Part shown: positions 22,366 to 23,316 of the stretch, in pieces
Numbering within the stretch: the stretch's first letter is position 1
Layout: each line of letters begins with the position of its first letter
NCBI RefSeq assembly: GCF_004010195.1
Contig: NC_057719.1
Coordinates: 54,533,077 to 54,556,392, forward strand
DNA: 23,316 nt
DNA from: Chiloscyllium plagiosum
Taxonomy: Eukaryota
Direction of reading: 5' to 3'
Program-made: the position numbers and the translations under genes
Notes under the pieces: model-generated
The model's database searches: none
Told to the model about the DNA's origin: nothing
Seen by the model: the letters and a program-made list of their open reading frames with translations, nothing else

Positions 22366-22930
22366 TTTTGCTCCTTCACAATCTACAGACCCAGAAATTA
22401 ACACCGTCTACAAATACTGCCCCAGGTTAAATTAATAGTTATAGCTTATATTTTAAGTTTAATCAAGAGACATATCTCCAAAAACATATAATCAAGAAAG
22501 AACCCACTCTACACACTACTGCAGTTTCTCTGTAGGCCACACTTAAAATAACAACTCACTTATCTGATTCTGTGCTGTGAACTTCGCCCAACAGTTCCTC
22601 CAAGATCAGTTGTGAATTTCACTGTTTGTTAAATTTCCCAGTCGCACTCCGATGTCCATGAATGATACATGAATTCAAACATCAAAATCCGTAACTGTGC
22701 AGGTTCTCTCTCTCTCTCTTCTCCTGCAATGCTTCCTTTGTCTGTTCTTCTCCCTTTTAAAACTGCTGTTGTTTTGACTTTTTTTTCCCGAAGTTCCAAA
22801 CAATGCAACAGCATACGAAACAGTAATTGCTGCTCCTGGAATTTAAGGAAATCACCTCCAGCACCATAAATACCTCAAAAAAAGGAGCAGCTTTTACAGT
22901 CAGAAATTTTTCCTGTCCTCCATCTTGTTT

Positions 22931-23266
22931 TCCAGTTTCACAACATCTTTCTGATAAGAAGGAGACCAGAATTGCACGCAATATTCCAACATATTGGCCT
23001 AACTAATATCCTATACAGCCGCAACGTAGCCTCCCAACTCCTGTACTCAATACTCTGACCAATAAGGAAAGCATACCAAATGCCGTCTTCACTACCCTGT
23101 CTACATGTGACTCCATTTTCAAGAAGATATGAACCTGCACTCCAAGGTCTCTTTGTTCAGCAACACTCCCTAGGATCTTACCATTAAGTGTATAAGTTCT
23201 GCTAAGATTTGCTTTCCCAAAATGTAGCACCTCACATTTATCTGAATTAAACTCCATCTGCCACTT
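22931..23266 (-). mobile_element. Internal CR1 ORF2 fragment abutting the 5' end of the long element
   Basis: ORF 23003-23257 (MEFNSDKCEVLHFGKANLSRTYTLNG...) is nearly colinear with 19126-19459. Confidence 0.9.
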
Positions 23267-23316
23267 TAAGTTCTTGGATCACTGGGGTATATTTTGTGGT
23301 AAACATAAATTCTACA

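Larger units (their letters stand above)
18655..22930 (-). mobile_element. Near full-length CR1-clade LINE (inactivated)
   Basis: 5' UTR (~22400-22930), ORF1, APE-RT ORF2 and 3' tail (ctctatgactct) in canonical order, with multiple stops, frameshifts and small deletions. Confidence 0.92.

Noticed and set aside
1..23316. Prokaryotic systems (CRISPR arrays, operons, retrons)
   Set aside because: There is no repeat-spacer array or gene-dense organisation. The RT motifs are all CR1 LINE-derived in vertebrate DNA.

Overview
Eukaryotic, AT-rich intronic or intergenic DNA with no host-gene exon I can support. The repeat content points to a cartilaginous fish, probably a carpet/bamboo-type shark; this is an inference from recognising the families, not a database result. 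The window holds: a near full-length but dead CR1-clade LINE on the minus strand (18655-22930; CxxC + SGNH-esterase ORF1, APE-RT ORF2, 301-N gap), seven other CR1 fragments, two HE1/V-SINEs, one ancient Deu-domain SINE and a candidate solo LTR carrying a perfect DR2 nuclear-receptor site. It also holds five Penelope-like (PLE)-derived pieces with minimal hammerhead ribozyme motifs. The hammerhead set is the most interesting signal. One copy (2540-2574, minus) has an intact catalytic core with a palindromic stem III, and two ~120-130 bp hammerhead-headed units are flanked by apparent target-site duplications, suggesting independently mobile ribozyme-initiated mini-retroelements. Most ORF-track entries are TE fragments or chance ORFs.
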